From a virus: a stretch of 64,000 nt of DNA. Made by a program: the position numbers and the translations under genes. Shown here in pieces: positions 28,179 through 37,797 of the stretch. Below the pieces are notes generated by a model. The model ran no database searches and was not told the DNA's origin. It saw nothing but the letters and a program-made list of their open reading frames with translations. The stretch is from the IMG/VR virus record IMGVR_UViG_3300047469_000197, positions 1 through 64,000 of that record; one strand, 5' to 3'. Positions within the stretch are counted from its first letter, which is position 1. Each line of letters starts with the position of its first letter.

Positions 28179-29401
28179 TAGTTATTCTTCCCCATTTGAG
28201 ATTTAAGCCACTTGGTAAATGCTTCGTCCGCCTGTTTATCGGTCATGCCGGTGAGCTTCATGGCGTCTTTAAATCCCTCCTTCTTGAGTGCGAGCTGGTC
28301 GGCCAGCATCTGGCGTGCTGCATCGCGCTCAAGCCGCAGCTGGTTGGCTTCCTCACGGGCAAGCTTCAGCTCAACGGCCTTTTTCTTTGTGGCGTTACGC
28401 GCGCGATTAGCCTGCTTACGCAGTGCTTCTATCTTCTCTTTCTCATCCTTCTGTTTTTTTGCCATCGCCCGCTGTGAGTCCTGGTAGCGCTGGAACTCGG
28501 CGGCGACTTTAGCCTGATTGGTGTTGGTTGAGCGGTTCCGGGAAAGCGCCTTTTGTTCCTGAGCGGAGAATGTCTTGGTGGTACGGGTTTTGTCGTCACC
28601 GAACTGGACGGACTCGGCGGCTTTCTTAAGGTGAATGCCAAGCTGGCGCTGCCACGTGGATGACTGGAAACGCGTCATCGTGTGGATCACGTGTTTGCAC
28701 GCCATACCTTCTAAATTCGGGTTTTCGATCTTCGGAAACGCGTATTCGGCTGGTGGCTTCAGCGCATAGTTGCCAGCGGTGGCCATGTAGCGGTATCGAT
28801 ACTGATGGTCTTCACATGAGCAATCAAAAGAGCACCGACCGGCGGCCAGCTTTTTAGCGATCGTCGCCAGGCTGCTCTTCTCATCGCCCACGCTTTCCAC
28901 ATACCGATCCCACTCTTCAAAGCGCACGCGCACCAGGTGATGATTCTTGTGTGACGCCTCAGATGCGCGGACCTGAATATCGGCCACGTTATGGCGCACG
29001 CGGATGAACATAGCCGAACTGATGCCGGAGCCATCGCCCACGTTGTTGTTTGCGCGTCTGATTCGGGTCTTGGTTGACTGAGCCACCAGCTGGGAATAAG
29101 TGATCCCCGCAATATCGCTGTTCGTGTTCCCCCGGTGCGCCTTACGGGTTTCCACGAAGCGCTTCATATCTTCCGGAGTGAAGTATGTGCCGCCTTTCTT
29201 CTTGCCCAGTTCGTCCACCAGCGTATCGAGGTCTTTATTGCGCATCAGCGCCGGGGTTAACGTCCGGCGCCCGTTGGCGCGGCTCCTGCGCTGACTGCTG
29301 CGGATCTTGGCAAACACCTTAAGAAAATCGGTGGCGTTGAGGCCGTCTGTTTTAAAGCGGCCGTCGTGCTTACGCTCTAATTCAGGCTGCGTTGGCATCA
29401 A
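28178..29401 (-). CDS. 25: gp25 (SWIM-type zinc finger protein)
   Basis: FDCSC..HQYRYRY...CKH; 407 aa; synteny. Confidence 0.8.
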   Translation of the reverse strand: MMPTQPELERKHDGRFKTDGLNATDFLKVFAKIRSSQRRSRANGRRTLTPALMRNKDLDTLVDELGKKKGGTYFTPEDMKRFVETRKAHRGNTNSDIAGITYSQLVAQSTKTRIRRANNNVGDGSGISSAMFIRVRHNVADIQVRASEASHKNHHLVRVRFEEWDRYVESVGDEKSSLATIAKKLAAGRCSFDCSCEDHQYRYRYMATAGNYALKPPAEYAFPKIENPNLEGMACKHVIHTMTRFQSSTWQRQLGIHLKKAAESVQFGDDKTRTTKTFSAQEQKALSRNRSTNTNQAKVAAEFQRYQDSQRAMAKKQKDEKEKIEALRKQANRARNATKKKAVELKLAREEANQLRLERDAARQMLADQLALKKEGFKDAMKLTGMTDKQADEAFTKWLKSQMGKNN

Positions 29402-30752
29402 TTGCTCCTATGTGCTCCAGCGCCCACAGGATGCGCTTAACAGCGATCTGCACAAATCCGGCGTCCTGCTCGATACCCACAAAACCGAAGCCCTCCAGAA
29501 TTGCGCCTTTCCCGGTTGAGCCACTACCCATAAACGGATCGAGCACCACACCGCCCGGAGGTGTTACCAGGCGGCACAGGTAGCGCATCAGCTCTGTTGG
29601 CTTAACAGTCGGGTGAAAGTTGCCTTTCTGGTCATCGCCGCCGTTCTCGTACTGGCGCAGCGTGCCGCCGTGTGAAAACTGCGGGCCAGGGGCGTCTAAC
29701 CCTTCGTGGCGGTCTTTGGCGCTGGCTTTAGCACAATAGAAAAAGCGGGCCGTACTGCCGCTGTCGGTGTATTCGGTACTCTGATGGTTATCGTTGCCCC
29801 AGCTGGTCCCGTCTACAGTAGCGGCTTTGCTGGTGGCGCTACGCTTGCCCGTCTGGCTGGATTGCGGGAACAGGCCGACAACTGAATCACTGCCATCATG
29901 AATGAGGTTGGCAGGCCAGCGACCGGGAGGATTGTAGTTTTCCCGTTCAGATTGCCCCATGGGATTCAGTACGGCGTTACCTCTGGCACCATTGCCGTGG
30001 TTCGCGTGCTGGTTCTTGGCTTTTGACTCCTGTTCGTCCGCGCCACCAGCAAACGGCACTTGGCAGGCGTCAATATTGAGCGCGCCGGTCCCATGGGTCA
30101 GAACATTGGCTGTCGCTGAACCTTTAAACGGTTTGCGTGCCATGGTGATGGGTTCATGCGCAGGCTTCAGCGCCGTTCCCCAGCCATCCCATTGCTTGGC
30201 TGCATCTGTAGCGGGTGTGGTTATGTCCCATTCCCGCGCCCATTCATTGCCACCATGAGCAGCTCCAGCAGACTCTTCGACCTTCGATTTATCTTTAAGG
30301 GTAGGGTGCTCACGCTTCCCGACGACTTCCCGCTGTGCGCCCGCCATCTTGTCGATCTGCTTGCTGATGTTCATGTTCTTGGGGAATCCCGAACCGTAAA
30401 CCCACGCAATCGAATCACGGATTTCGAAGCCAGCCAGGCGAATGGCCAGCGTGCCCAGATCCTGTGTACGCGAGCCAAAGAATGCCAGCAGGTGCCCACC
30501 CGGTTTGAGCACGCGCAGGCACTCACGCCAGACAGATGGTCCTGGTACAAAGCTGTCCCATGATTTCCCCATGAAACCGCCGCCTTTGTGCTGGTAGTCG
30601 TCACCGGCGAGCCAGCGCGTAAGCACTTCGGCCATATCAGGTTCTTTGCTCAGGCCATACGGCGGATCGGTCACGATGCTGTCGATAGAGTCGGACGGGA
30701 TAGTCTTGAGTATGTCGAGGCAATCCCCATTGAAGAGATCAATACGGCGCAT
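29382..30752 (-). CDS. Orphan beta-class N6A/N4C DNA methyltransferase
   Basis: VTDPPY, HPTVKP and LDPFMGSGSTG motifs; GAGG RBS before ATG at 30752. Confidence 0.92.
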   Translation of the reverse strand: MRRIDLFNGDCLDILKTIPSDSIDSIVTDPPYGLSKEPDMAEVLTRWLAGDDYQHKGGGFMGKSWDSFVPGPSVWRECLRVLKPGGHLLAFFGSRTQDLGTLAIRLAGFEIRDSIAWVYGSGFPKNMNISKQIDKMAGAQREVVGKREHPTLKDKSKVEESAGAAHGGNEWAREWDITTPATDAAKQWDGWGTALKPAHEPITMARKPFKGSATANVLTHGTGALNIDACQVPFAGGADEQESKAKNQHANHGNGARGNAVLNPMGQSERENYNPPGRWPANLIHDGSDSVVGLFPQSSQTGKRSATSKAATVDGTSWGNDNHQSTEYTDSGSTARFFYCAKASAKDRHEGLDAPGPQFSHGGTLRQYENGGDDQKGNFHPTVKPTELMRYLCRLVTPPGGVVLDPFMGSGSTGKGAILEGFGFVGIEQDAGFVQIAVKRILWALEHIGAIDANAA

Positions 30753-30759
30753 AGTTTCC

Positions 30760-31116
30760 TCAGCTGTCTGCATATAAGGTGCCGTCTAATTCCGGGGTAT
30801 CGCCGGAAAAGGCGTTAATCTGTTCGCGGATCCACGCGAGCGTCGGCACCGTCAGTTCAGTGCCTTCTGTCATGGCTTCGCTTTCATCTTCCAGGCCGCA
30901 TACCAAGGTGATCACCCAACGCAGTTCACCTGTACCCCATATGCGATAAGCAATCAGGTCCGGGCGGTAAATCTCATCGCTCAGGATGTCGTAGGTGAGA
31001 AGGTCGGAGTCATAGCTCTGTGCCTTGGTCATCACAGCCCTGCGCATATAGGCGCGGATCACCGGCTCTTCTATGTTGCGATCGTCGAGACGGCTGATTT
31101 CATAGCTGGTGCTCAC
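30760..31116 (-). CDS. 26: Baseplate protein gp26 (LysM-like)
   Basis: YRPDLIAYRIWG..ELRWVI motif. Confidence 0.85.
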   Translation of the reverse strand: MSTSYEISRLDDRNIEEPVIRAYMRRAVMTKAQSYDSDLLTYDILSDEIYRPDLIAYRIWGTGELRWVITLVCGLEDESEAMTEGTELTVPTLAWIREQINAFSGDTPELDGTLYADS

Positions 31117-31757
31117 AGGTAGTTACCTTTGCCAGTCAGGGCGCTGCGGGGGCCATTCAGCCAGGAATCAAATTCGGTGTGTTTAACGATCGCTTTGAGG
31201 GGGTCAGTCGGGTTCGCCGGCTTGCGCATGCTATCCGCGCCAAACATCGCCTTGATGTAGTTCAGGCTGGTGACATTATTGAAGCTGGTGGCATAGCTGC
31301 ACAGTATGCCGAGCACGTGCTCACTCTTGAGCTGCGACCAGTCTATGCGGTAGGAGGTTTCACCGCGGGCGTTGCGTTCCATGTCCAGAATGGTTTCTGG
31401 CATGCTGTAGCGGCCTGCGGCGTTGCGTGGGAAGGTGATTGCCTTCTGGCGGTCCAGCTCACGGAAGACGTCCAGCGCTTCCACCAGTATCGGCTTGCCG
31501 CTTGGCCCGGTGTCACCCATGCGCACCCGGTGGCCTGCACGGGAGGTAATGAAATCGCTGGTTTCGTCCACCAGCACCTCGAAATCCTTGGATTCAAGTT
31601 CGCGGATGCGGGGGATCAGCATTTCTTCCAGCGCCACGCGTGCGGTTGGTAGCTGCTCGCCTTCGGCAATGAACAGCTCGCCATCTTTCCACGCTGCAGT
31701 AGCCAGCATCGGCCTGTCAGTGGTCAGGCATATGGCGCATATCTTTTTGTTGATCAT
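31113..31757 (-). CDS. mat: Maturation control protein Mat
   Basis: KKIC, ELDRQKAI..PR and terminal LTGKGNYL; follows ref as in P1. Confidence 0.7.
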   Translation of the reverse strand: MINKKICAICLTTDRPMLATAAWKDGELFIAEGEQLPTARVALEEMLIPRIRELESKDFEVLVDETSDFITSRAGHRVRMGDTGPSGKPILVEALDVFRELDRQKAITFPRNAAGRYSMPETILDMERNARGETSYRIDWSQLKSEHVLGILCSYATSFNNVTSLNYIKAMFGADSMRKPANPTDPLKAIVKHTEFDSWLNGPRSALTGKGNYL

Positions 31758-31805
31758 GGGGCGGGTTCCCGGTTATGCCTGCCAGAGATGGGCGGCGTTC
31801 GGGTT

Positions 31806-31834
31806 ATTATAAATTTAGTATCTTCTGTCAGCAA
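31806..31834 (-). promoter_or_regulatory. Sigma70 promoter with a C1-like operator in its spacer
   Basis: TTGCTG-N17-TATAAT on the minus strand; AAATTTAGTATCTT at 31811-31824. Confidence 0.7.
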
Positions 31835-32155
31835 ACTTAGCAAGAAGGATAACCGCCTGTTATGGCGGTTGAGGGACTGGCACACAAAGATAAAAGAAGG
31901 CCGCGGGACGTTAACGGCCTTGGATGCAGGCAGTTGCATGTACTGGCGTCAGAATAAATTAGATGGATTATGGCTTGCAATACATAGTGTTCGGAGTAGG
32001 AAAAGAAAAAGGCCGGTATAAACCAGCCTTTAGAGTTTGCCCTGATAGAATCCGGCAAGATAAGCTTCCAAAAAATTGTGACTGATACGTCTAAGCGGGA
32101 TAATCATAAACACCGATCGCGTCAGAATCAAGAATTAGTATCTTATGTAAATGAG

Positions 32156-32180
32156 AAGGGCCGCATAAGCGGCCCTTTTT
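32156..32180. terminator. Terminator hairpin
   Basis: AAGGGCCGC-ataa-GCGGCCCTTTTT. Confidence 0.7.
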
Positions 32181-32335
32181 GAAACTAGTCATAATGGAAA
32201 AGCTAATCGCCTTGCGGTGATGCAGATAATTTACGCTGCATGTTTTTTGGTTTCAACCTTTGGCGCTCGGTAGAACCAAAAAGACTGGCGGCGGCGGTTA
32301 GTGGGTTTCACTTTCCTCATAAAATAAACTCCCGA

Positions 32336-32977
32336 TTAGTTCTGTATGTCGTATTCGATCCCGGCACGCGTGTAGCTTTCGCGCAGCAGTTCGTACTCAG
32401 TGCCGTTCGCTGCCTCAAACTCTGCCCGCCCGCCGACCGTTCCGCAGGCATGCACCGGCACCAGCCATGAGTATTCTGCTCGCCACTCATCAGGAGCAGC
32501 ATGCTGGTGGTGCCACTTACACAGCGGGAGCACTAACTTATGCGCGTCCGGCTTCGTGCGGCCATCGATGTGATGCAGGCTGATCTCCACTGTTTCCTTG
32601 CCATTCTTCAGGCACGCAATGCAGGGTAGTTTGCCCAGCGCATCCATTACCCGGCGCTCGGCTGCGGTTGGCGTTCTGCCTTTACTCCCACGCGAGCGGA
32701 TCGGGGTGGATCTGGCCTTAACGGCAGGCGGTGCTGCTGCCTTCTCTTCCTGCTTCTTGCGCGCCTTCTCGGCCTGTTCTGCGCGGTATTCTGGCGAGCT
32801 CACGCGGGCGTGGCGCTTTTTGGCCGACTCAACGGCCTTCTGGAAAACCTGCGCACGGTGTTCGGGATCGGCCCACTTCTCACGTTGTTTCTGCTGCTGC
32901 TTAAGCGCAGATCGCTTGGCGGATTCGCGTTGCTTAGTGCGCTGTTTATCAAGCTGCTCTGCTGAGAGTTGTTTCAT
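32336..32977 (-). CDS. ref: Recombination enhancement nuclease Ref (RecA-dependent HNH)
   Basis: Basic N-terminus, KGRTPTAAE, CIAC, SLHHIDGR and LPLCKWHH; start re-called to 32977. Confidence 0.93.
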   Translation of the reverse strand: MKQLSAEQLDKQRTKQRESAKRSALKQQQKQREKWADPEHRAQVFQKAVESAKKRHARVSSPEYRAEQAEKARKKQEEKAAAPPAVKARSTPIRSRGSKGRTPTAAERRVMDALGKLPCIACLKNGKETVEISLHHIDGRTKPDAHKLVLPLCKWHHQHAAPDEWRAEYSWLVPVHACGTVGGRAEFEAANGTEYELLRESYTRAGIEYDIQN

Positions 32978-33005
32978 GGTTTGGCGACCTTTAGAGCGGG
33001 TTGAA

Positions 33006-33320
33006 TTAAGCGACAGAAGGCTGAGGCTCATTTAAATTATCGGGCCGCATCCACTCCCAGCGTCGCAGCATGGCGCTGGTGTCATGAATTGGCGCACCAG
33101 TCATGGCGAGGCGAGCACGGTGCACGTCACGCTCATAGCGCAGACGGGCGGCAAGAGCGACATACCCACCAGCTGGCAGGCCGTGCGATACCAGGCTTTC
33201 CAGAGGGTCATAAACCTTGGGGCTATCGATCATGCTCATCAGAATGGCTTTATCTATGGCTAACGACAGACTGGTTTTATGGGCGAAGCCGCGTTTAAGC
33301 GGGCGCTTTTGTTCGGTCAT
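33006..33320 (-). CDS. Hypothetical protein
   Basis: Part of a chain of coupled minus-strand ORFs. Confidence 0.55.
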   Translation of the reverse strand: MTEQKRPLKRGFAHKTSLSLAIDKAILMSMIDSPKVYDPLESLVSHGLPAGGYVALAARLRYERDVHRARLAMTGAPIHDTSAMLRRWEWMRPDNLNEPQPSVA

Positions 33321-33556
33321 GGTTTCGGTCCTTGGTATTGTTCATAAACGCCATAACGCGCCAGCTCTTTTCTCAGCTGGGAGTCGCGCACGGCTACAAT
33401 CACGCGATCACGCGTATGGATAAACTCGCCTGGCAGGTCAGGCACCTGATGCAGGGAACGGAAACGCCGCCATGCAGGCACTGAATTAAAAATTGCCAGC
33501 CGCAGCGGGTTAGGGATGAACTCAACACGGCCAGATGGGCCGATAACATCACTCAT
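33317..33556 (-). CDS. Hypothetical protein
   Basis: ATGA overlaps with neighbouring genes. Confidence 0.55.
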   Translation of the reverse strand: MSDVIGPSGRVEFIPNPLRLAIFNSVPAWRRFRSLHQVPDLPGEFIHTRDRVIVAVRDSQLRKELARYGVYEQYQGPKP

Positions 33557-33945
33557 GGTGTTCCTTGGTCGAAAGAAAAGGGCACTTGGCCACCGCCGCT
33601 TACTATGTTCATGCGGTGGCCGAATTTGCTGGTGGCGCGGATATGATGGGCAGCGCGAATAATGCGGGCCTGTTCGGGCGCCTCAATGATGTAGCTCACA
33701 AACCGGGCAGGCTTGCCATCCGCCACACACATCGGACAATGGTCGACAGTGTCAATCCAGCCATTACCGTGGATTGAGCCCTGTTGCGCCACGCAGGATT
33801 TACACAGCGGCGCATCGCAGGTGTAGGGCTTGTTGATGTCAATACAACGACGATCGCCGTCCATCACCAGCCCCCAGCCCAGATAGCCGTCACACAGCAA
33901 ATCCGCAGCGCCACCACAGAACAGACATAACTCACGCTTTGGCAT
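33553..33945 (-). CDS. Cys-rich putative zinc-binding protein
   Basis: CLFC, LLCD, TCDAPLC..C and HCPMC. Confidence 0.65.
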   Translation of the reverse strand: MPKRELCLFCGGAADLLCDGYLGWGLVMDGDRRCIDINKPYTCDAPLCKSCVAQQGSIHGNGWIDTVDHCPMCVADGKPARFVSYIIEAPEQARIIRAAHHIRATSKFGHRMNIVSGGGQVPFSFDQGTP

Positions 33946-34352
33946 CAGGCGGCCTGCTGGCTTGCCTGGCGCAGCAGCTGAGTAACGCGAAGATTGATCC
34001 CATTAAACCGGCGACACTCTTCCATGCGGGTGTTACCGCGGCGTTCTTCCGGGCTGGTAAGCATGACAAAGCAGGATCGCTCTTCACGTACACGCTTAGC
34101 CCTCTCTGCTTTAGGAGGCATCTCGCTAGGCTTCGGCCAGTCGCGGAAGTACAGGCGGCGAAAGCCCTGCAACACGATAACCAGATCGCCTGCCGCTTCC
34201 ATTTCACGTACCAACAACCGGGCAACGGATACACCTTTGCCGATCGCAGTACAGATGTCCTGGATAACCAGATAGCCTTTGCGATCCATGGCGGCGCTCA
34301 CCAGTTGAGTGCGCTCTGTGTACAGTTGCTTAGTAGGATTTGTGGAACTCAT
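33945..34352 (-). CDS. Putative winged-helix DNA-binding protein
   Basis: wHTH-like pattern GYLVIQDIC.AIG...SVARLLVREME..G. Confidence 0.55.
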   Translation of the reverse strand: MSSTNPTKQLYTERTQLVSAAMDRKGYLVIQDICTAIGKGVSVARLLVREMEAAGDLVIVLQGFRRLYFRDWPKPSEMPPKAERAKRVREERSCFVMLTSPEERRGNTRMEECRRFNGINLRVTQLLRQASQQAA

Positions 34353-34380
34353 TTTGTCTCTCCGGGTGCCAGCTGGTGGC

Positions 34381-34557
34381 TTATCGATTTCTACGGGTGC
34401 GGCGCTTAGGTCGGCGAAACAGACCTCTCAGTCCACCAGCGATGGCGTCCAGTGCGGCGCGAAGCATTAATAGGGCAAAGGCGACCTTCAGGACGCCAAT
34501 AAACAACATTGCGGCCCAGCTCAGCAGCTGGTCAGGGGCGTTAGCGAGATCGCCCAT
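34381..34557 (-). CDS. Small membrane protein (58 aa; not in the ORF track)
   Basis: MGDLANAPDQLLSWAAMLFIGVLKVAFALLMLRAAL...RRTRRNR; fills an operon gap. Confidence 0.55.
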   Translation of the reverse strand: MGDLANAPDQLLSWAAMLFIGVLKVAFALLMLRAALDAIAGGLRGLFRRPKRRTRRNR

Positions 34558-34678
34558 TGCGCCACTTACTGAACCAGTGCGTCAGGTGCTCCAGACCAAT
34601 CAGGAAAGCACCCCAGATGAGGCACATCAGCAGGATGAAGCCGCACACCTTGGCGACTGCCAGAAATTTGATAATCAT
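34541..34678 (-). CDS. Small membrane protein (45 aa; not in the ORF track)
   Basis: MIIKFLAVAKVCGFILLMCLIWGAFLIGLEHL...; start overlaps the upstream stop. Confidence 0.55.
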   Translation of the reverse strand: MIIKFLAVAKVCGFILLMCLIWGAFLIGLEHLTHWFSKWRNGRSR

Positions 34679-35178
34679 TAACGGTTGCTCTTAAGACGCC
34701 AGCACAAGCCCGCGCCGGTTTCACGGCTAACCAGCGCAAACTCTTCGGCCAGCTGGTAGCTGATGGATTCGACCAGGCTGTCGCTTTTGGGCATCAACCT
34801 GGGGGAGTGGGCTTCAGGCATGCCACAATGCGTCATGATTTCGCGTGTACGCTCCCATACGGGGCGCATGATGTTTTCGGGTAGCCAGTACCAGAACGTT
34901 CGGCCAGGCTCTGCACGGGAATGGATCTCATCGCTGCGGAGGTGCTGCATATCCACCAGCGCACGTAACCTGGTCAGGCTTTGTGATTCACCTAATCCAC
35001 ACTGGAGGTGTTTACGGTTAGCGGCCAGCTGGCGGATCGCGCGTGGGAAATGGTCCTCACTGGCCATGCTCACGCGTTCGCCGACATAGCGCTGGATGGC
35101 ACGATAGGGAAGGTACTTAATGGTCTGGCAGAAGATGGCGTGCATCAGCGCGTCGTCAGTCACTTTCATCATAACCAC
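34678..35178 (-). CDS. Hypothetical protein
   Basis: 166 aa, in the coupled operon. Confidence 0.6.
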   Translation of the reverse strand: MVMMKVTDDALMHAIFCQTIKYLPYRAIQRYVGERVSMASEDHFPRAIRQLAANRKHLQCGLGESQSLTRLRALVDMQHLRSDEIHSRAEPGRTFWYWLPENIMRPVWERTREIMTHCGMPEAHSPRLMPKSDSLVESISYQLAEEFALVSRETGAGLCWRLKSNR

Positions 35179-35282
35179 GCAGCGCCTCTGCCGCTTTTTA
35201 TGGCGTCAACGAGGAACAGGCCCAGCCAGATACAAAAGCTGGACTCCGCCGCGATGAGGATAACAAGAAGAATGCGTGACAT
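35169..35282 (-). CDS. Small membrane peptide (37 aa)
   Basis: MSRILLVILIAAESSFCIWLGLFLVDAIKSGRGAAWL; first ORF after the operator at 35315. Confidence 0.45.
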   Translation of the reverse strand: MSRILLVILIAAESSFCIWLGLFLVDAIKSGRGAAWL

Positions 35283-35520
35283 AGGCTGATCTCGATAAAC
35301 TACAACTAAAATCCAGTTTAGTATTGTATGTCATAAGAAACCAGCCTATTTTTGCCATTGTGTTAGGGTTTTTCCGCAGGACGATGAAGCAAAGAGGGTG
35401 CGGGGGCATGCCGGGCCACCCCTTTAAGCACCTGCCGATAAGTACCTTTTGTTGATCGTTTATAAATAGTGATTTAACATTTCACTGCTTTTTACGGATT
35501 TGATTGATTGGTTTGAAGCA

Positions 35521-35976
35521 CTACAGCCCCTTGCGGGCTGTTTTTATTTTTGTCCAGACCACATTTCCGGGTTGATACGGCATGTTGCGGTGCACCTTAC
35601 GCATTACCTGGTCTGATTCGCACGGCCCCATATCCTTAAGAAACACATCAAAGTCAGCCCACTGCGGACACACTGCGCCCTCAATATTTTTGTAATAACC
35701 CATGAGCTGCGACCATTTACGGAATTCCAGCGAGTTATTCTTAATCGAATGTGTCTGACGTCTTGAACACGACATACAGCGTAAAACAAACCCACTACGT
35801 AACTGCATGCCCGAAACAGGGTACTCGCGATTGCACTCACAACGTACCTGCCAGTAAGGGCGGTGATCATATTTGAGCCGCACCATATGCAACACTGTGA
35901 GACTGCCGAACACCTTCCCGGTGAGATCTATGATATTTCTCAATCCTGCCTCCAGATTTCGCCCGTATCTACACAC
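35521..35976 (-). CDS. HNH endonuclease-like protein, probably degenerate
   Basis: DLTGKVFGSLTV, W..RCEC, VC..W..F..FL.DMG and Y.PGN..W. Confidence 0.65.
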   Translation of the reverse strand: MCRYGRNLEAGLRNIIDLTGKVFGSLTVLHMVRLKYDHRPYWQVRCECNREYPVSGMQLRSGFVLRCMSCSRRQTHSIKNNSLEFRKWSQLMGYYKNIEGAVCPQWADFDVFLKDMGPCESDQVMRKVHRNMPYQPGNVVWTKIKTARKGL

Positions 35977-36392
35977 GGGAAACCGTGGCAGCGGCGCTGA
36001 AATTCTTCTTTGTATTGAATCGCGGTCGGCTTTTGCTGTTCGTGCCAGTGCTGGTGGCCAGCAACAAACGCGACAGGCATTGAGCTGTAAGAACTGTAAT
36101 CGGTGCCTTCGCCACGTGAAGCGGCACGCGCGCCATCAAACCAGCCGGCGAGGAAATCGGCTCGATCCACCAGCTCAACGGTGAAATCATCTTCATCTCC
36201 ATGAAGGCGGACGATACCCGTGCGGGATAACTGCTCCAGCACAGCCTGATTGCCGGTGATGTCTGCGCCGGAGTAATGGCCAGCATTGTCCACGTAGGAA
36301 AAGTGGGTGTAGGGGGTCGCCTCATCCGTGCCGATCGCTCTCGCTGCAGCGGTGAAAAAGGTCATCTGTTTACGTGAAACTCTCATGGGCAT
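35940..36392 (-). CDS. Hypothetical protein
   Basis: Coupled minus-strand ORF. Confidence 0.6.
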   Translation of the reverse strand: MPMRVSRKQMTFFTAAARAIGTDEATPYTHFSYVDNAGHYSGADITGNQAVLEQLSRTGIVRLHGDEDDFTVELVDRADFLAGWFDGARAASRGEGTDYSSYSSMPVAFVAGHQHWHEQQKPTAIQYKEEFQRRCHGFPCVDTGEIWRQD

Positions 36393-36622
36393 TTGGTCAT
36401 GTTGGCAAGATTTGAACGCTGAAGCAGGTGCTCGTTGAGTAAAGCGACAAGCTTACGTGCCTGTGCATCGTCCACCAGTAAGCGCGTTCCGTAAGATTCA
36501 ATAATCAGGTGGCCAAGAGACTGATCATCCATATCGATGGATAGGCATAGCTTATTATTTGAAGGCGGCACGCGGTGGATAGTGTCATCGTGGGAGGTGA
36601 AAATAGTCATTGGTTTACTCAA
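36383..36622 (-). CDS. Hypothetical protein
   Basis: Coupled minus-strand ORF. Confidence 0.5.
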   Translation of the reverse strand: MSKPMTIFTSHDDTIHRVPPSNNKLCLSIDMDDQSLGHLIIESYGTRLLVDDAQARKLVALLNEHLLQRSNLANMTKCP

Positions 36623-36657
36623 ATGAAATGACCGGCGCGCAGCCGGTCGGTAAGGGA

Positions 36658-37032
36658 TCAGGCAAGCTTGGCTTTGATTCCAGTGAAATCCAGCAGGGTC
36701 ACGGTAAATTCTGCCGCCCTGTCTGCCGCCTCGCGGGTCCAGAAATCGCCCCTCGTTAACAACAGCCGGGAACCGATGTGTTCACGTAGCTGGCGCTGCG
36801 CGCGCGCCTCGTTAACCTCATCAAACCAATCCTGTAGCGGAGAGCGCCGGAGACACTTAGTCACCTGACACTGTATTAAGCAGGCCAGCCACGAAAGCAT
36901 GACAAACCAGATCGTACCGCCCCAGCCAGGCTGAGTGTTGCAGATGCAAGCCACGATATAGATGGCGAAATACGTTTTCCCGAAGCCGTTACGGCCAGCT
37001 ACCTGCCAAAATTTAGAGACTGAAGTCTTCAT
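36658..37032 (-). CDS. Hypothetical membrane protein
   Basis: Two hydrophobic segments; start re-called to MKTSVSK. Confidence 0.55.
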   Translation of the reverse strand: MKTSVSKFWQVAGRNGFGKTYFAIYIVACICNTQPGWGGTIWFVMLSWLACLIQCQVTKCLRRSPLQDWFDEVNEARAQRQLREHIGSRLLLTRGDFWTREAADRAAEFTVTLLDFTGIKAKLA

Positions 37033-37045
37033 ATCGATCCTGTTT

Positions 37046-37393
37046 TTATCTGGGCTTACGCCCTCTATTGGCTGCTGCGTCCAGCTGGTGGATGCGCGTT
37101 GCGGCCTGCTGGGCTGAGGCGCTGAACACACGGTTAAACGCCTCAATTACATGCCCGTCAGATGCCATCATCTCGGCATAAATCTCACGGGCAATGTTCA
37201 GGTCGATAGCCTCGACATATGCCTTAGCAGCGTCCAGGCTATCCATTGGGCGATCAATTTGTATGTAATGCAGTGGTGAGCCTTGGCTGTAGATAAGCCC
37301 GCAAGCAACAACGGGCTGATTACCCCGCAAGCCTGCCTGTGCGTTCAGCTTGCAATCATCAAGTTGGATAATCATTCCGGTTCCTTTTCCCAT
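37046..37393 (-). CDS. Hypothetical protein
   Basis: Follows the operator motif at 37419. Confidence 0.6.
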   Translation of the reverse strand: MGKGTGMIIQLDDCKLNAQAGLRGNQPVVACGLIYSQGSPLHYIQIDRPMDSLDAAKAYVEAIDLNIAREIYAEMMASDGHVIEAFNRVFSASAQQAATRIHQLDAAANRGRKPR

Positions 37394-37431
37394 ACATTTA
37401 CATAATCAAATAAGCACCATTTTAGTATCTT

Positions 37432-37758
37432 TTACAGAAAAACTTTATGTGCTGGTGGGCGGTTTTTCTCATCATCAGCAAGTATGGCCATTGCCTTGAT
37501 AATACCTGTATCAGTCAGCTGGTAAGAGGGTGCTTTACTCCCCGTCCGGCTGACAGCTACGTGTTCAACCAGATAGCCACGGGCCACCAGGCGATTGAGT
37601 GAAGCGCGAAAATTACCATTACTTGGAACTGGTTTGTAGTTTTCGTGGATGTTCGTTTTCAGCGCGGCCACGGTTACGCGCTCTGGCGGATCCGCTCGAT
37701 AGCGCTTTCCCATGTATCTGAGTGACATTTTCTGCAATCTGGACAACGGCATTAGCAA
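37432..37758 (-). CDS. Winged-helix protein downstream of cre
   Basis: NFRASLNRLVARGYL...YQLTDTG; AGGAG RBS. Confidence 0.65.
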   Translation of the reverse strand: MLMPLSRLQKMSLRYMGKRYRADPPERVTVAALKTNIHENYKPVPSNGNFRASLNRLVARGYLVEHVAVSRTGSKAPSYQLTDTGIIKAMAILADDEKNRPPAHKVFL

Positions 37759-37797
37759 TGCTCCTTTTGATTTGGCGACCTTTCATTAAGACTGATC

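Noticed and set aside
29382-30752. Restriction-modification system
   Set aside because: There is no adjacent endonuclease; the neighbours are tail genes.
31754-32058. Short ORFs between mat and ref
   Set aside because: They overlap promoter and operator DNA and have no RBS or motifs.
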